Below are positions 1-10,301 of a DNA stretch of 64,000 bases, piece after piece (position 1 is the stretch's first letter; each line of letters begins with the position of its first letter). The DNA comes from an uncultured Holophagales bacterium (GTDB lineage Bacteria; Acidobacteriota; Thermoanaerobaculia; Multivoradales; UBA5704). The notes below the pieces were generated by a model. The model was given only the letters and a program-made list of their open reading frames with translations. It was not told the DNA's origin and did not search any database. The stretch is from the NCBI GenBank assembly GCA_963842525.1, contig CAWJGT010000023.1, forward strand, positions 224,001 to 288,000, read 5' to 3'. The translations under genes were made by a program, and so were the position numbers.

Positions 1-595
1 GCTCCGGCTCGCGGGAGTCGGCGCCACCCTCGTGCTCGCGGCGCTTTATTGCGCCGTGTATCCAGAGCGGATCTCCGGCGCCTGGGGAAAAGAGCTCCAG
101 CAGGCCCGCTGGGGCGGGCCCTCGCCGGCGGTTCTCGCCGCGGCAGCGTTCCTCTTGGCGGCGGGCGCGGCTCTCGGGCTCGCAAGCCCTCGTGGCCGCG
201 CGCTTTGGCGACGCGCCCGGGCCGCTCTGGCGGAGGCGGGCCGGGCCCTGCGCCGGATCCGCCCTGCCCAGATACCCGGCCTCACGCTCGTCAGCCTCCT
301 GATCGCGGCGGCAAGGGTCGTCTACCTCTATCTCCTGGCGCGCAGCTTCGCGCCGGACGTGTTCCTTCCCGACCTCGCTCCGGTGGCCGCGGCCGGCGTC
401 CTCGCCGGCGCGATCCCCCTGACTCTCGGCGGCCTTGGCATGCAAGAGGGAGCGCTCGCGGCCGGTCTCGTTCTCTTCGGCCTCCACTACCCCGAGGCGA
501 TCGCGGCCTCCCTTCTCAACCGGGGTTTCCTCTGGGCCGCTGCCGCGGCCGGCTGGGTCGTGGTGGTGAGCGCGAGGAGGCGCACGGGCCCTTGA
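1..595 (+). CDS. Lysylphosphatidylglycerol synthase TM / UPF0104 flippase-like membrane protein (5' part outside window)
   Basis: Hydrophobic ORF with the family motif IPLTLGGLGMQEG...A(S)LLNR; sits in a glycan locus. Confidence 0.7.
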   Translation, partial: LRLAGVGATLVLAALYCAVYPERISGAWGKELQQARWGGPSPAVLAAAAFLLAAGAALGLASPRGRALWRRARAALAEAGRALRRIRPAQIPGLTLVSLLIAAARVVYLYLLARSFAPDVFLPDLAPVAAAGVLAGAIPLTLGGLGMQEGALAAGLVLFGLHYPEAIAASLLNRGFLWAAAAAGWVVVVSARRRTGP

Positions 596-653
596 GAGGT
601 GCCGGCGAGTTGCGGCGCGCGAAAGAGTCCACTATGCTCCGCGGAGAACTCTG

Positions 654-2450
654 ATGGACCTTCAAAGCCTCCACGGCGGCGCGGCGCCGGCCCTCGCGGA
701 TTCGAGCGGGAAGACCGGTGCGGCAAGCAAGCAGACGGGGAAGCAGGCGCTTTGGCTGCGGCTCCGGGGGCCGGGGCCCGCCTGGCTGGCCTTCCTCCCT
801 CTGGGCCTGCTCGCGGTCAACTCGAACTGGATCTTCAGCGGCCCGCACCGCGACGCGTGGATCTATTACGGCTACTATCAGAATGCGATCTTCTACCTGA
901 GACAATTCCCGGACCTCTATTACTCTTCCCGTCTCGCGGTGGCCCTCCCCGGCTTCCTGGCCCACCACATGCTGCCGACGATGGCAGCCAACTTGGTGCT
1001 CCACCTGGCGCTTTACTGGGCCGCGGTCCTGTCCTTCTATCTCGTCGTGAAGGATCTGTTCGGTGCCCGCGTCGCGCTGCTCGCCTCCCTCGCCCTGGGT
1101 TGCCACCCATTCTTTCTGCAGGCTGTGGGCTGGAATTACGTCGACGGCTTCGGTATCGCCTATTTCCTCGTCACACTGCTGCTCCTGACCCTCGCCAGCC
1201 GATCGCCGTTGTGGCGACCCTTGCTCTTGGCAGCGGGGGCCATGGTCACGGCCCTCGTCTCGACCAACGTCTTCTATGCGGTCTACCTGCCGGTGCTGGC
1301 CGGGCATTTCCTCGTGCTCAACCGGCAGCGCAGGCAGATCTCGCCGCTCGCCGCCGCCCTCTGGGCAGGCCTGGGCGCAGCGAGCCTCTTCGCCCTCTTC
1401 AGCTCATTCACCAGGGTCCTGGGCGGGAGCTCCTTCTACCTGCACGCCTCGCTGCAGTTCCTCGCGGGCTCCATCGGGACCGCAAACGTGTTCCGCGACG
1501 CCACCTACTCATGGCTCCCCAAGGCGGTCTGGCTCGTCTTTCCGGCGGCCACTCTCCTCGGCAGCGCCATCCTCTTCAAGCGCGCGCGGACCGATCCTTC
1601 CCTGCGGCGGGACCTCCCGCTCCTCTGGTCGCAAGTCCAGCTCGTTTTCCTGGTCCTGGTGGCCCTCTACTTCCAGGTCGCCGGAGATGCCGCGGTTCTG
1701 CAGCATTTCTACTATGCGAGCCTGCTCATTCCCGCTGCCTTCCTGGCTTTCGCCGGCCAGATCGCGACGCTTGTCGCAAAGCTCTCCGACCAGCGGTTCG
1801 GCGTCCTCGCAGCGGTGGTCACTCTGCTTCAGGTCATACCTCTGTTCCTGCCGCACTTTCAGGTCTTCTCGCCCACTGATGAGCCCTCGTCCGCTCCGGC
1901 GCTCCTCGCTCTCCTTGCCGGGATCGGCGCCGCGATCGCCCTCGGATGGAGGCGGGCCGGCACGCGCGTGGTTCTGGCGGTCTTCCTGTGTCTCGCCGTG
2001 TCGCAGGGCCTTGTGCGGCAGGAGGCCTCCATCTTCTGGAGCTCCGAGCGCCATGGCGGCGACGGCCCCGGCATCTTCCGGCAGCTCAGCCAGGCCGTGG
2101 CCGACATCGAGGCCTTCGACCCTTCCCAGGACGTGCGCCTCTGGTACGACCAGGACGCGGAGGACGGGATCCTCTACGATGCCGTCGCCTCGGCGTTCCT
2201 GCTCTGCCCCCGCATGATCAATCTCGACTTTCCGGACCTCTCCGGCGGCAGGATGTGTGACGGCTCCCCGCTCGCGCCGGGCGTCATGATCGCCGTTCTC
2301 TCGGCGGACCCGTCCGCCTTCGACCAGGCCGCCGCAGCCATCCGGAGCGTCGGGCTCTCCGCCCGCCTGGTCAAGCGCGACGAAATCGAGGGACCGTCTC
2401 GCGAGTTCACCATCACCTACCTGCGGACCGAAGCGGGAGCCGTTCCATGA
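654..2450 (+). CDS. Multi-pass membrane glycosyltransferase (GT-C fold, ArnT/PMT-like)
   Basis: 598 aa with about 12 TM segments, an N-terminal loop acidic motif (RDAWIYYGY), WNYVDG, and a C-terminal extracytoplasmic domain; near a GtrB/ArnC-like GT2. Confidence 0.55.
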   Translation: MDLQSLHGGAAPALADSSGKTGAASKQTGKQALWLRLRGPGPAWLAFLPLGLLAVNSNWIFSGPHRDAWIYYGYYQNAIFYLRQFPDLYYSSRLAVALPGFLAHHMLPTMAANLVLHLALYWAAVLSFYLVVKDLFGARVALLASLALGCHPFFLQAVGWNYVDGFGIAYFLVTLLLLTLASRSPLWRPLLLAAGAMVTALVSTNVFYAVYLPVLAGHFLVLNRQRRQISPLAAALWAGLGAASLFALFSSFTRVLGGSSFYLHASLQFLAGSIGTANVFRDATYSWLPKAVWLVFPAATLLGSAILFKRARTDPSLRRDLPLLWSQVQLVFLVLVALYFQVAGDAAVLQHFYYASLLIPAAFLAFAGQIATLVAKLSDQRFGVLAAVVTLLQVIPLFLPHFQVFSPTDEPSSAPALLALLAGIGAAIALGWRRAGTRVVLAVFLCLAVSQGLVRQEASIFWSSERHGGDGPGIFRQLSQAVADIEAFDPSQDVRLWYDQDAEDGILYDAVASAFLLCPRMINLDFPDLSGGRMCDGSPLAPGVMIAVLSADPSAFDQAAAAIRSVGLSARLVKRDEIEGPSREFTITYLRTEAGAVP

Positions 2451-3625
2451 GCGTGCAGCCGGTGCACGCCCGGGCGCTTCCTCAGGCAGAGGCAGTCAAA
2501 GCCCCGATCCCGTTCAACCGGCCGGAGCTCACCGGCCACGAGCTCGACTACCTGCGCGACGCCGTCGGCCGGGGGCACCTGTCAGGTGACGGCTTCTACA
2601 CCCGCCAATGCCAGGATCTCCTCGCCAGGATTCTGGGCGGCGCGCGCGTCCTGCTGACGACCTCCTGCACGCACGCCCTGGAGATGGCGGCGCTTCTGCT
2701 CGACATCGGGCCCGGAGACGAGGTGATCGTACCCTCGTTCACCTTCGTCTCGACCGCCAACGCCTTCGTGCTGCGCGGGGCTCGCCCCGTCTTCGTCGAC
2801 ATCCGCCCGGACACGCTCAACCTCGACGAGAATCTGCTCGCTTCTCGCGTTACACCGCAGACGCGGGCGATCGTCCCAGTCCACTACGCCGGGGTCCCCT
2901 GCGAGATGGACCACATCCTCGAAGGAGCGCGCGCCGCAGGAGCTGCCGTGGTCGAGGACAACGCTCACGGCCTCTTCGCCTCCTACCGAGGCCGCCCCCT
3001 GGGGACCTTCGGTGCCCTGAGCACGCTGAGCTTCCACGAAACCAAGAACGTGTTCTGCGGCGAGGGGGGAGCCCTGGTGATCAACGACCGCACCCTGGCA
3101 GACCGCGCCGAGATCCTGCGCGAGAAGGGCACCGACCGGAGCCGCTTCTTCCGCGGCGAGGTCGACCGCTACACCTGGGTCGACCTGGGCTCCAGCTACG
3201 TGCCCTCGGATCTTCTGGCCGCCTTCCTCCTGGCCCAGCTCGAAGGGAGGGAGCAGATCCAGGCGCGGCGGCGCCGGATCTGGGAGCGCTACCAAGAAGG
3301 GCTCGCCGGCTGGGCCGCCGCGCGCGGAGCCCGCCTGCCGATGGTTCCCAGTCACTGCCGGCAGCCCTGGCACCTCTTCTACGTCCTCCTCCCGTCACTC
3401 CAGGAGCGCCAAGACCTCATCGCCCATCTCAAGAAGGCTGGGGTTCAGGCGGTCTTCCATTACCTCCCTCTCCACCTGTCCGAGGTGGGACGGCGGCTCG
3501 GCGGCCGGCCGGGCGACTGCCCCGTCGCGGAGAGCGTCAGCGATCGGCTCCTCCGCCTCCCTCTCTTCCCGGGGTTGACCGAGCCCGAGCAGGAGCGGAT
3601 CCTGGAGGCGATCCACGCTTTCTGA
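2447..3625 (+). CDS. wecE: dTDP-4-amino-4,6-dideoxygalactose transaminase (DegT/DnrJ family)
   Basis: IPFNRP, LLTTSCTHALEMAA, SFHETKN (PLP lysine), REKGTDRSRFFRGEVDRYTW, VFHYLPLH. Confidence 0.92.
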   Translation: MSVQPVHARALPQAEAVKAPIPFNRPELTGHELDYLRDAVGRGHLSGDGFYTRQCQDLLARILGGARVLLTTSCTHALEMAALLLDIGPGDEVIVPSFTFVSTANAFVLRGARPVFVDIRPDTLNLDENLLASRVTPQTRAIVPVHYAGVPCEMDHILEGARAAGAAVVEDNAHGLFASYRGRPLGTFGALSTLSFHETKNVFCGEGGALVINDRTLADRAEILREKGTDRSRFFRGEVDRYTWVDLGSSYVPSDLLAAFLLAQLEGREQIQARRRRIWERYQEGLAGWAAARGARLPMVPSHCRQPWHLFYVLLPSLQERQDLIAHLKKAGVQAVFHYLPLHLSEVGRRLGGRPGDCPVAESVSDRLLRLPLFPGLTEPEQERILEAIHAF

Positions 3626-3628
3626 GCG

Positions 3629-4249
3629 TCAGCTCCTCCGTGCCCGCATCAGGAAATGGCTGTAGGGAATGGCGAGCCGGTCCGTCACCAGGCTCGTTTC
3701 GATCTCGGAGAAATAGGGCGCAACGAGCGCGCGGTATCCTTCAGGCGAGCGGACCTGGCGGCCCCGGTCCCGCGAGACGAGGAAGCGGGCGATCCGGGAT
3801 TGCCCGGGATGGAGGACGGGATCCGCGGTGACGAGCCAGCCGCCCTCCCGCAGATGCGCGCGCGCATTGCGGACCAGGCGGTCCGCGTCGGCATCGCTCA
3901 GGTGGTGCAGGACGCCCTTGGCGACCACGAGGTCGAAGCCGCCCGCCAGTGGCGGCTCGTCTCCCACCCGGGCACAGAAGAACTGGCCGCGGCTTCCGTA
4001 GCGCCGCTCGGCCGCGGCGATATAGCTGGGGTTGGGATCGTAGCCGGCGTAGTCCACGTCCGGCGGCAGGTGATCGAGCAGCGAGCCCGTGCCGCAGCCG
4101 ATGTCGAGGAGCCTGGCTCCAGGAAATGGGCGCAGCCGCTCCTCGACGAACCGCTGCCGCACGGCCTGGGCCCCCAGAAGACGCTGGAACCACTCGTAGA
4201 GGCCCGCCCTCTCGAGGAGCCGGTAGATTCCGTGCGAGACCTGATCCAT
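3629..4249 (-). CDS. Class I SAM-dependent methyltransferase
   Basis: LLDIGCGTG motif I; FDLVVAKGVLHHL. Confidence 0.9.
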   Translation of the reverse strand: MDQVSHGIYRLLERAGLYEWFQRLLGAQAVRQRFVEERLRPFPGARLLDIGCGTGSLLDHLPPDVDYAGYDPNPSYIAAAERRYGSRGQFFCARVGDEPPLAGGFDLVVAKGVLHHLSDADADRLVRNARAHLREGGWLVTADPVLHPGQSRIARFLVSRDRGRQVRSPEGYRALVAPYFSEIETSLVTDRLAIPYSHFLMRARRS

Positions 4250-5187
4250 CAGCGGTGCTCTTCGCCTGCGGGAAGGCCGACTCGGCGGCGGACGAAGTAG
4301 GTGGGCCGGTTCTCGCTGCTCTCGATGATCCGGAGGAGATACTCCCCCACTACGCCCAGGCTGACGAGGAGCAGGCCGCCGATGAGCAGCAGGGCCGAGA
4401 ACAGGGAGGCCCAGCCCTGGACGGCCACACCGTACATGATCTTCTTGTAGATCACCAGCGCCGCGAGAAGGAAGCTGATCGCGGCAAAGGAGATGCCCAC
4501 CGCGCCCACCAGCCGAAGCACCAGCGAGGAGTTGCTGATGAGCAGGTTGCTGAACACACGGACCAGCTTCCGCAGGGTGTAGCCGCTCTGGCCCCCCCGC
4601 CGGGCGCCGTGGCCCACGGGGACGCTGACGACGTCCTTGCTCACATGGAACATCAGGGCCGGCAAGAAGGGGTGCGGCGTGCGGATCGAGAGGATGCCGT
4701 CCACGACCGTGCGGCCGAGCAGGCGGAACGAGCTGAGCTGAATGCTCTTGGGCTTGCCGATGAGGATCTGGTCGAAGTAGCCCTTGACGCGGCTCGCGAC
4801 GCGCCGGAAAAGACTGTGCCGTTTGCGCCTGAGCTGGGCGATGACAATATCCCGGTCGGCATGGGCCAGCAGCTTCGGAATGTCCTGCGGGTCGTGCTGC
4901 AGGTCGTCGTCCAGGGTGACGACCACCTCGCCGCGGGCCTCGCGCAGGCCGCAGAGCGTCGCCGCCTGCTGGCCAAAGTTGCGCGTCAACTGGACTGCCT
5001 TCACCTGCTCCCGCTGGCGCGCGAGCCGCTCGAGGGTTGGCCAGACATCGGTGGCCGGGGAACGGTCGTCGACGAAGATGACCTCGTAGTCGTCCTCGGG
5101 ACGGTCCCGGAACACGGCGTCGATCCGGTCGGCGAGCTCCTCCAGGACCGGGCTGCCGTAGACAGGGATCACGATGGAGACGCGCAT
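4249..5187 (-). CDS. Glycosyltransferase family 2 (polyprenyl-phosphate glycosyltransferase, ArnC/GtrB-like)
   Basis: VSIVIPVY, FVDD, RNFGQQAA, LDDDLQHDP, two C-terminal TM helices, GEYLLRI...RPTY. Confidence 0.9.
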   Translation of the reverse strand: MRVSIVIPVYGSPVLEELADRIDAVFRDRPEDDYEVIFVDDRSPATDVWPTLERLARQREQVKAVQLTRNFGQQAATLCGLREARGEVVVTLDDDLQHDPQDIPKLLAHADRDIVIAQLRRKRHSLFRRVASRVKGYFDQILIGKPKSIQLSSFRLLGRTVVDGILSIRTPHPFLPALMFHVSKDVVSVPVGHGARRGGQSGYTLRKLVRVFSNLLISNSSLVLRLVGAVGISFAAISFLLAALVIYKKIMYGVAVQGWASLFSALLLIGGLLLVSLGVVGEYLLRIIESSENRPTYFVRRRVGLPAGEEHR

Positions 5188-5891
5188 GCCTCCTCCGTGC
5201 GGAGAAGATGGCTCCGTGCCCCTTGCGGTCCTTCGTTGAGCAGCAGGTCCAGAATGCTCACCTCGTGAATGAAAGGGGGGGAGAAAAGCTGCTGGTACTC
5301 CGGGTAGCCGGAGTAGTCCATCCAGCGCACGGCGATGCCCTTCTCGGCAAATCGGCTCTCTTCCAGGTAGGCCCTGGCCGCCGGCCCCGAAAAGTACTCT
5401 CCGGCCCCGGTCTGCTCGCAGAGATCGACCAGGCGATCGACCCGGTCACCCTGCAGGCAGTAGTCCGTGGAGCGGGTGATGCGAGTGCCGACTCCCAGGA
5501 GCCCGCAGATCTCCCGCAGAAACATCTCGTTGACACGGGTCAGGAGCAGCTCGCCGGCGGCGCGCTCGTACAGCCCGCCGAGGATTGGCGCGAGCGCTGG
5601 AAACCAGGGCGCCCGGGCGTAATGGGTCTGGATGGACGTCCAGTGTCTCGCCGCCCAACGTGGATCGCGGATCTCGACCTCCCGGATCAACTGTCCAAAG
5701 CGGCCTGTCTGGAGCACCGGGATGGTGATCCAGGCCGTTCCTTCACGGGTCTTGATGCGGTTGCGATTTCGCCAGCCGTTCTTGCTGTATTGGACATCGT
5801 CGTAGAGGATGAACTCGTCCACGGCGCCGATGATGTCGAAGTACCCCTTCCAGGGGACGTAGGACGACTGGAGGATAGCGACGCGTTTCAT
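5169..5891 (-). CDS. WbqC family protein
   Basis: QSSYVPWKGYFD, DDVQY...WRNRNRIK, SGPAARAY, SILDLLLNEG. Confidence 0.92.
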   Translation of the reverse strand: MKRVAILQSSYVPWKGYFDIIGAVDEFILYDDVQYSKNGWRNRNRIKTREGTAWITIPVLQTGRFGQLIREVEIRDPRWAARHWTSIQTHYARAPWFPALAPILGGLYERAAGELLLTRVNEMFLREICGLLGVGTRITRSTDYCLQGDRVDRLVDLCEQTGAGEYFSGPAARAYLEESRFAEKGIAVRWMDYSGYPEYQQLFSPPFIHEVSILDLLLNEGPQGARSHLLRTEEACASPS

Positions 5892-5962
5892 CCGGGCGGT
5901 GCTGGCTGTCGCGGATTCTAACGCAATCTGTTACCGTTCCGGGCGCTTCCCCGCCACGCCTC

Positions 5963-7097
5963 ATGAATGGCTTCACTGTCTTCCTCACCGGCATGCAGCG
6001 CTCGGGCACGACGTTGCTCGAAAGGCTGGTCGATCTCAACCCCGACGCGTCAATGCTTGCGCAGCCGTTCCCCCTGCTCTTCGTAGAGGCGAAAAGGGAC
6101 TTTCTGCGCGGGCTCGGCAGGAGCGATCTCCGCTATCCTCTGGGCCACCTCTTCCGCGAGGACGGGTATCGGCAGGAGGACTTCGACCGCCACCTGACAG
6201 AGCTGCGGATCGACGGCGCGCGCCTCGAACGGATCTTTGAGGAGATGCAGGGTTTCTCCGGCCAATACACACGCTTCAACCGCTCCGTCTTGAAGCGGGC
6301 CATCCGGCAGCTTCCTCCCGTCGGCTTCGCCGAGCTCCTCGCTGGGCTCTACCGCGCCCTCTCGCCCGAGCCGAAGGCCCCTGTAGCGGGTGGCAAGGAG
6401 ACGATCTGCGAGGAGCTGCCTCCCCTACCTCCTAACCCGCGGATGGCGATGCGTGCTCATCCTCCGCGACCCGCGCGACGTGGTGGCGTCGCTCAACCAC
6501 GGCCGGGGCCCCGAGTACGGGGGCCGGCTCAAGCCGACTCTCTTCAACATCCGCAACTGGAGGAAGAGCGTCGCATACGCCCTCCACCTGGAGGGCTGTC
6601 CAGGGTTCCTCTGGCTGCGCTATGAAGACCTGGTCGACGATCCTCCGAAGGCCCTTCGCCGGATCACGCAGGCTCTCGGGCTCGGACCCCCGAGCTTCGC
6701 TGCCGGCGAGATCCGCGACCGCTCCGGCCATGTCTGGACCGGCAATTCCTCCCATGGCGAGCGCCCCGGCGTGAGCGGCGCGTCGGTGGGCGCCTATCGG
6801 CAGATCCTCGAGCCCACGGTCGCCCGGTTCATCGAGGCCTCCTGCTTGCCGGAGATGCGGCTCCTCGGCTACCCCATCAGCCTGGACGCCGAGGAAGCAC
6901 ACGGCGTCCTCCGCGCCTTCGAGGAGCCTTACGAGATCACGCGCGAAGGCCTGGAAGGCGACGCCGCCGGCCCCGCAAACGCGAGCCTGGAAGTCCGGCG
7001 CCTGGAGCTCCTCGCCGGCCCTCCGGACGCCGCAACACTCCCCTGGTTCCTCTTCGAGCGCGCCCACGCACGGCTCCGGGAGGCCCTCCGACCATGA
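5963..7097 (+). CDS. Sulfotransferase (one frameshift near 6417, probably a sequencing indel)
   Basis: 5'-PSB motif TGMQRSGTTLL in ORF 5963; RDPRDVVAS and RYEDLV in overlapping ORF 6390. Confidence 0.8.
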
Positions 7098-8074
7098 TCG
7101 TCTTCGCGGCCCGGGCCTGCTCCATTCTGTACGACCTCCTGCGCTCGCGCGGGGAGGAGCGACCTTTTCTGATACCGGCCAACGTCTGCCCTATCGTCCC
7201 GGTAACCTTCCTGGAGGCGAGGCGCCGCTTCGAACTGATCGACATCGCCGAGCCCACGCTCGGGATGGACCCCGACGCCTGCCTTGACCGCCTACGGCGG
7301 GAGCCGGGGAGGATCGGAGGAGGCCTGTTCGTCAGACCGTACGGCAGCGAGCGGGATGCGGACCCCTTCTTCCGCCAGCTCAAGGAACTGCAGCCGGACC
7401 TGCTCCTGATCGACGACAAGTGTCTCTGCCGCCCGGATTGCGAAGGCGTCAAAATCTCGCCCTGGGCCGATGTGACCCTATTCAGCACAGGGCAGCGCAA
7501 GCACGTCGACCTGGGGTATGGCGGCTTCGCGCATATCCGGGAGGGCGTTCCCTACCGTCGCGGCAATGGGCCACCGTACCGCGAGACCGCGCTGGACGAG
7601 GTGACCCGCCGATACGAGAAAGCTATCGCCGAGAGGTTTCCCTTCGGAGGGATCTGCGAGGGCTGGCTCGATTTCCGGGTGCCGGAGGTCCCCTGGGAGG
7701 AGCACCGCCGGCGCACGATCGAAGCGCTGCGCCTGGTCGACGAGCACAAGCGCCGCCTCAACGCCCTCTACACGGACGCGTTGCCGCGGGAGATCCAGAT
7801 GGCACCCGAGTTCCAGTCCTGGCGCTTCAATATCCGGGTACCGGCACCGGAGAGGCTGGTCGAGCGCCTATTCGCGGCGGGACTCTTCGCCAGCCGGCAC
7901 TACGCCCCGCTGGCGGGCTCTTTCGGAGAGGGCGGTTTCCCGGTCGCCGAACGCCTCCACAGTGAAGTGGTGAACCTCTTCAACGACTGGTACTTCGACA
8001 AGGATAGAGCGGCGCGAGCCATCGACCTCGTGCTGCGGCATCATGGGGCAGAGCGGCCCGGCCTACTGAAATAG
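7094..8074 (+). CDS. Divergent DegT/DnrJ/EryC1/StrS-like PLP-dependent enzyme
   Basis: IPANVC, IDDKCL, FSTGQRKHVDLGYGG (putative PLP lysine), SRHY; start overlaps upstream stop. Confidence 0.6.
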   Translation: MIVFAARACSILYDLLRSRGEERPFLIPANVCPIVPVTFLEARRRFELIDIAEPTLGMDPDACLDRLRREPGRIGGGLFVRPYGSERDADPFFRQLKELQPDLLLIDDKCLCRPDCEGVKISPWADVTLFSTGQRKHVDLGYGGFAHIREGVPYRRGNGPPYRETALDEVTRRYEKAIAERFPFGGICEGWLDFRVPEVPWEEHRRRTIEALRLVDEHKRRLNALYTDALPREIQMAPEFQSWRFNIRVPAPERLVERLFAAGLFASRHYAPLAGSFGEGGFPVAERLHSEVVNLFNDWYFDKDRAARAIDLVLRHHGAERPGLLK

Positions 8075-8079
8075 AAAGC

Positions 8080-8105
8080 GGAGACCCAGCGAGCACTGGG
8101 TCTCC
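8080..8105. terminator. Hairpin between convergent genes (probable bidirectional terminator)
   Basis: GGAGACCCAG-cgagca-CTGGGTCTCC perfect 10-bp stem. Confidence 0.6.
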
Positions 8106-8133
8106 ACTCCAACAGGGAACAAACTACCGAGAT

Positions 8134-9927
8134 CTACTGATTGGGAAGGTCGTTCGCCCGCTCCACCTCGAAATCGAGGTAGCCCTTGCGGACACCCTGC
8201 ACGAGGTAGTCGAACTCCAGGTCGGACGTGCCCGGAGCCGCGCGGATGACGAGCCGCTCGGGCGACTTCTCGGCGACGAAGAGCTGGCCCCAGCCGCCGA
8301 CAGGCGTGAGCTGCACTGTCATCCGTTCCCGCTCGGTGATGCGGGAGAAATAGCCCGGGAGCTCGATCACGGCCTCGCCGTTCTTCGTCTTCGTCGTGCC
8401 ACGGAAGTAGGTGCCGGCCTCGGGGCCCTCGAGCGCGGCATAATAGATGGCGCGGTGGGAATCCGCCGGATCCACCATGGCGAACGCCTTGGTGCCCGTT
8501 ACCGTGAAGTTGCCGCTGACCGTCACTGCCCCGGTGGCGCCGTCGATATTCAGACGGTTCACGTTGTTGGTGCCCAGGATGATGGTGTCGGGGCCCGACG
8601 TCCCTATCGCGAGGCCGTTGCCCGCGGGCAGGAGAACCTCGCCCCAGCTCGCAAGGTTCTGGCCGAACCGGTTGATCGAGTGGCCGCTGCCGTGGGCCTG
8701 GAAGTTAAAGGTTGCGCCATTGGACAGGGCGCGCACAACGGCCACGACGTCACTTCCGGTGTTCGGGTTCTCCATCAGGATGAACGAGTTCGCATTCACG
8801 TTCTCGAAAACGTGCAACTTCTCGTCCGGTGCCCCCGTGCCAATTCCCACATCGCCGTCGGAGGAGATGTCGAGGCTGCTCGTGGGCGCGCCGGGCCGGA
8901 TGCGGAAAGGCAGGAGCGAGCCGCCGGTGACATCGCGGACAAAGAAGTTCGCCTCGTTGGCGCCGATGTCCCAGGTCTGGGCGGTGAAACCGCCGGAGTT
9001 GTTCTGCTCGAGGCGGATCGACGGCGTGTTGCTGGTGTTGATATGCAGGTCGAGGACCGGCGTGGAGGTGCGGAGGCCCACCCGGCCGGTGCTGTCGACG
9101 AAGATCGAGTTGGTCGCGGCACCGGCCGTGACGGTGAAGGGGGTCCTGGCGCCGGTGCTGTCCTCGATCGAGAACTTGCTGGACCCGCCGCTCGCCGAGT
9201 CGTTGGCGACGAGACGCCAGTCGTTGGCCGGGAACCCGACTTGCGTCGAGGTATCGTCGAAGTGGATCCGCAGGTTGTTCTCCTTGAGGCGGATCGTGTC
9301 GAAACCGAAGTTCTCGTTGTTGACACAGTCGAGGCCGACACAGGCGCTCCCCTGGACGATCAGGTCGTCCGGGATCACTTGATCGGCGGCGGTGGTGTTG
9401 CGGATTCCGCCGCTGCTCCCGGCGGCCGTGCGGGGCCGTGGCTGGCGCCCCTTCGGCTCTTCCGTCTGGCCTGGGGTGACGAAGCTTCCGTTCGCAATCG
9501 CGAAGCTGCCGGACTGGACCGGCTCTTCGGGCAGCTTGCCCTCTGCACGCATCTGTCGTACAGCCTCATCGTCACCGGTCCGCCGGGCCGCCGCGAGCCG
9601 CTGCTGGACCTCGCGGTTCAGCGATGGGACCGCACGCAGCTCCCAGGTGTAGCTGCCTTCCGGGAGACGCTGGCCCTTCTCGTCGAACAGACCGAGAGTC
9701 GGCGTCTTGGCTCCTTCGAACTCGCGGCGGATGTTCAGACCGTCCGGACCCGACACCGTCAGGACCAGGCGCTCGTAGCTCGCCAGGGGCTGCCATTCGA
9801 CCGCGGCGGGCCCCGCGTTCAGCTCGGCAACCGGCCCTGCTGCCTGGGCTGCGGCCACCGAAATCAAGGGCAGGGCTCCCATCAACAGCACCACCACCCA
9901 CAAGTTTCGTCGTGCGCTGCTCATCAT
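8134..9927 (-). CDS. Secreted protein with fibre-like beta repeats and a putative C-terminal phage tail-fibre/chaperone-like domain
   Basis: AGGAGGAGG RBS, then signal peptide MMSSARRNLWVVVLL...AAAQA; GRVGLRTSTP/GDVGIGTGAPDEKLHV repeats; C-terminal GTKAF...DP...YYAALEGPEAGTYFRG. Confidence 0.6.
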   Translation of the reverse strand: MMSSARRNLWVVVLLMGALPLISVAAAQAAGPVAELNAGPAAVEWQPLASYERLVLTVSGPDGLNIRREFEGAKTPTLGLFDEKGQRLPEGSYTWELRAVPSLNREVQQRLAAARRTGDDEAVRQMRAEGKLPEEPVQSGSFAIANGSFVTPGQTEEPKGRQPRPRTAAGSSGGIRNTTAADQVIPDDLIVQGSACVGLDCVNNENFGFDTIRLKENNLRIHFDDTSTQVGFPANDWRLVANDSASGGSSKFSIEDSTGARTPFTVTAGAATNSIFVDSTGRVGLRTSTPVLDLHINTSNTPSIRLEQNNSGGFTAQTWDIGANEANFFVRDVTGGSLLPFRIRPGAPTSSLDISSDGDVGIGTGAPDEKLHVFENVNANSFILMENPNTGSDVVAVVRALSNGATFNFQAHGSGHSINRFGQNLASWGEVLLPAGNGLAIGTSGPDTIILGTNNVNRLNIDGATGAVTVSGNFTVTGTKAFAMVDPADSHRAIYYAALEGPEAGTYFRGTTKTKNGEAVIELPGYFSRITERERMTVQLTPVGGWGQLFVAEKSPERLVIRAAPGTSDLEFDYLVQGVRKGYLDFEVERANDLPNQ

Positions 9928-10301
9928 GCTTCCTCCTCCTTCATGTGTTCGCGTTGTCCCCGCACAGGGGGGTTGGGACGCTGCGGAACGCTGGGAGCGT
10001 TCCGACCCGGAAGTAGAAATGAATGCATTGCCATGTGCCACCCGTCTCGCCAAGGTCGGCAGGGCCGCAAGGAATAAGGACAATCATACCTCAATCGGTC
10101 CGCCCTTTTTCGTCCTTTCCACGAGCGGACATCTTTTGGGACTTAGGAGAATGCCGATCCGCTCGGAAGGGAGCACATCTCCTCAGGCGGCCGGCAGCGC
10201 CCTTTCGTTACGGTGTCGCGGTTGATCGGCTCACGCGGGATGGGGTGCAGCCGCGGGGAACCCGGCCGGAGACGCGGACCGGAATTCCCCACGGACTCCT
10301 C

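Noticed and set aside
10024-10040. Sigma54-like TGGCAC...TGCA upstream of the 8134-9927 gene
   Set aside because: The GG-to-GC spacing is 11 nt rather than the required 10.
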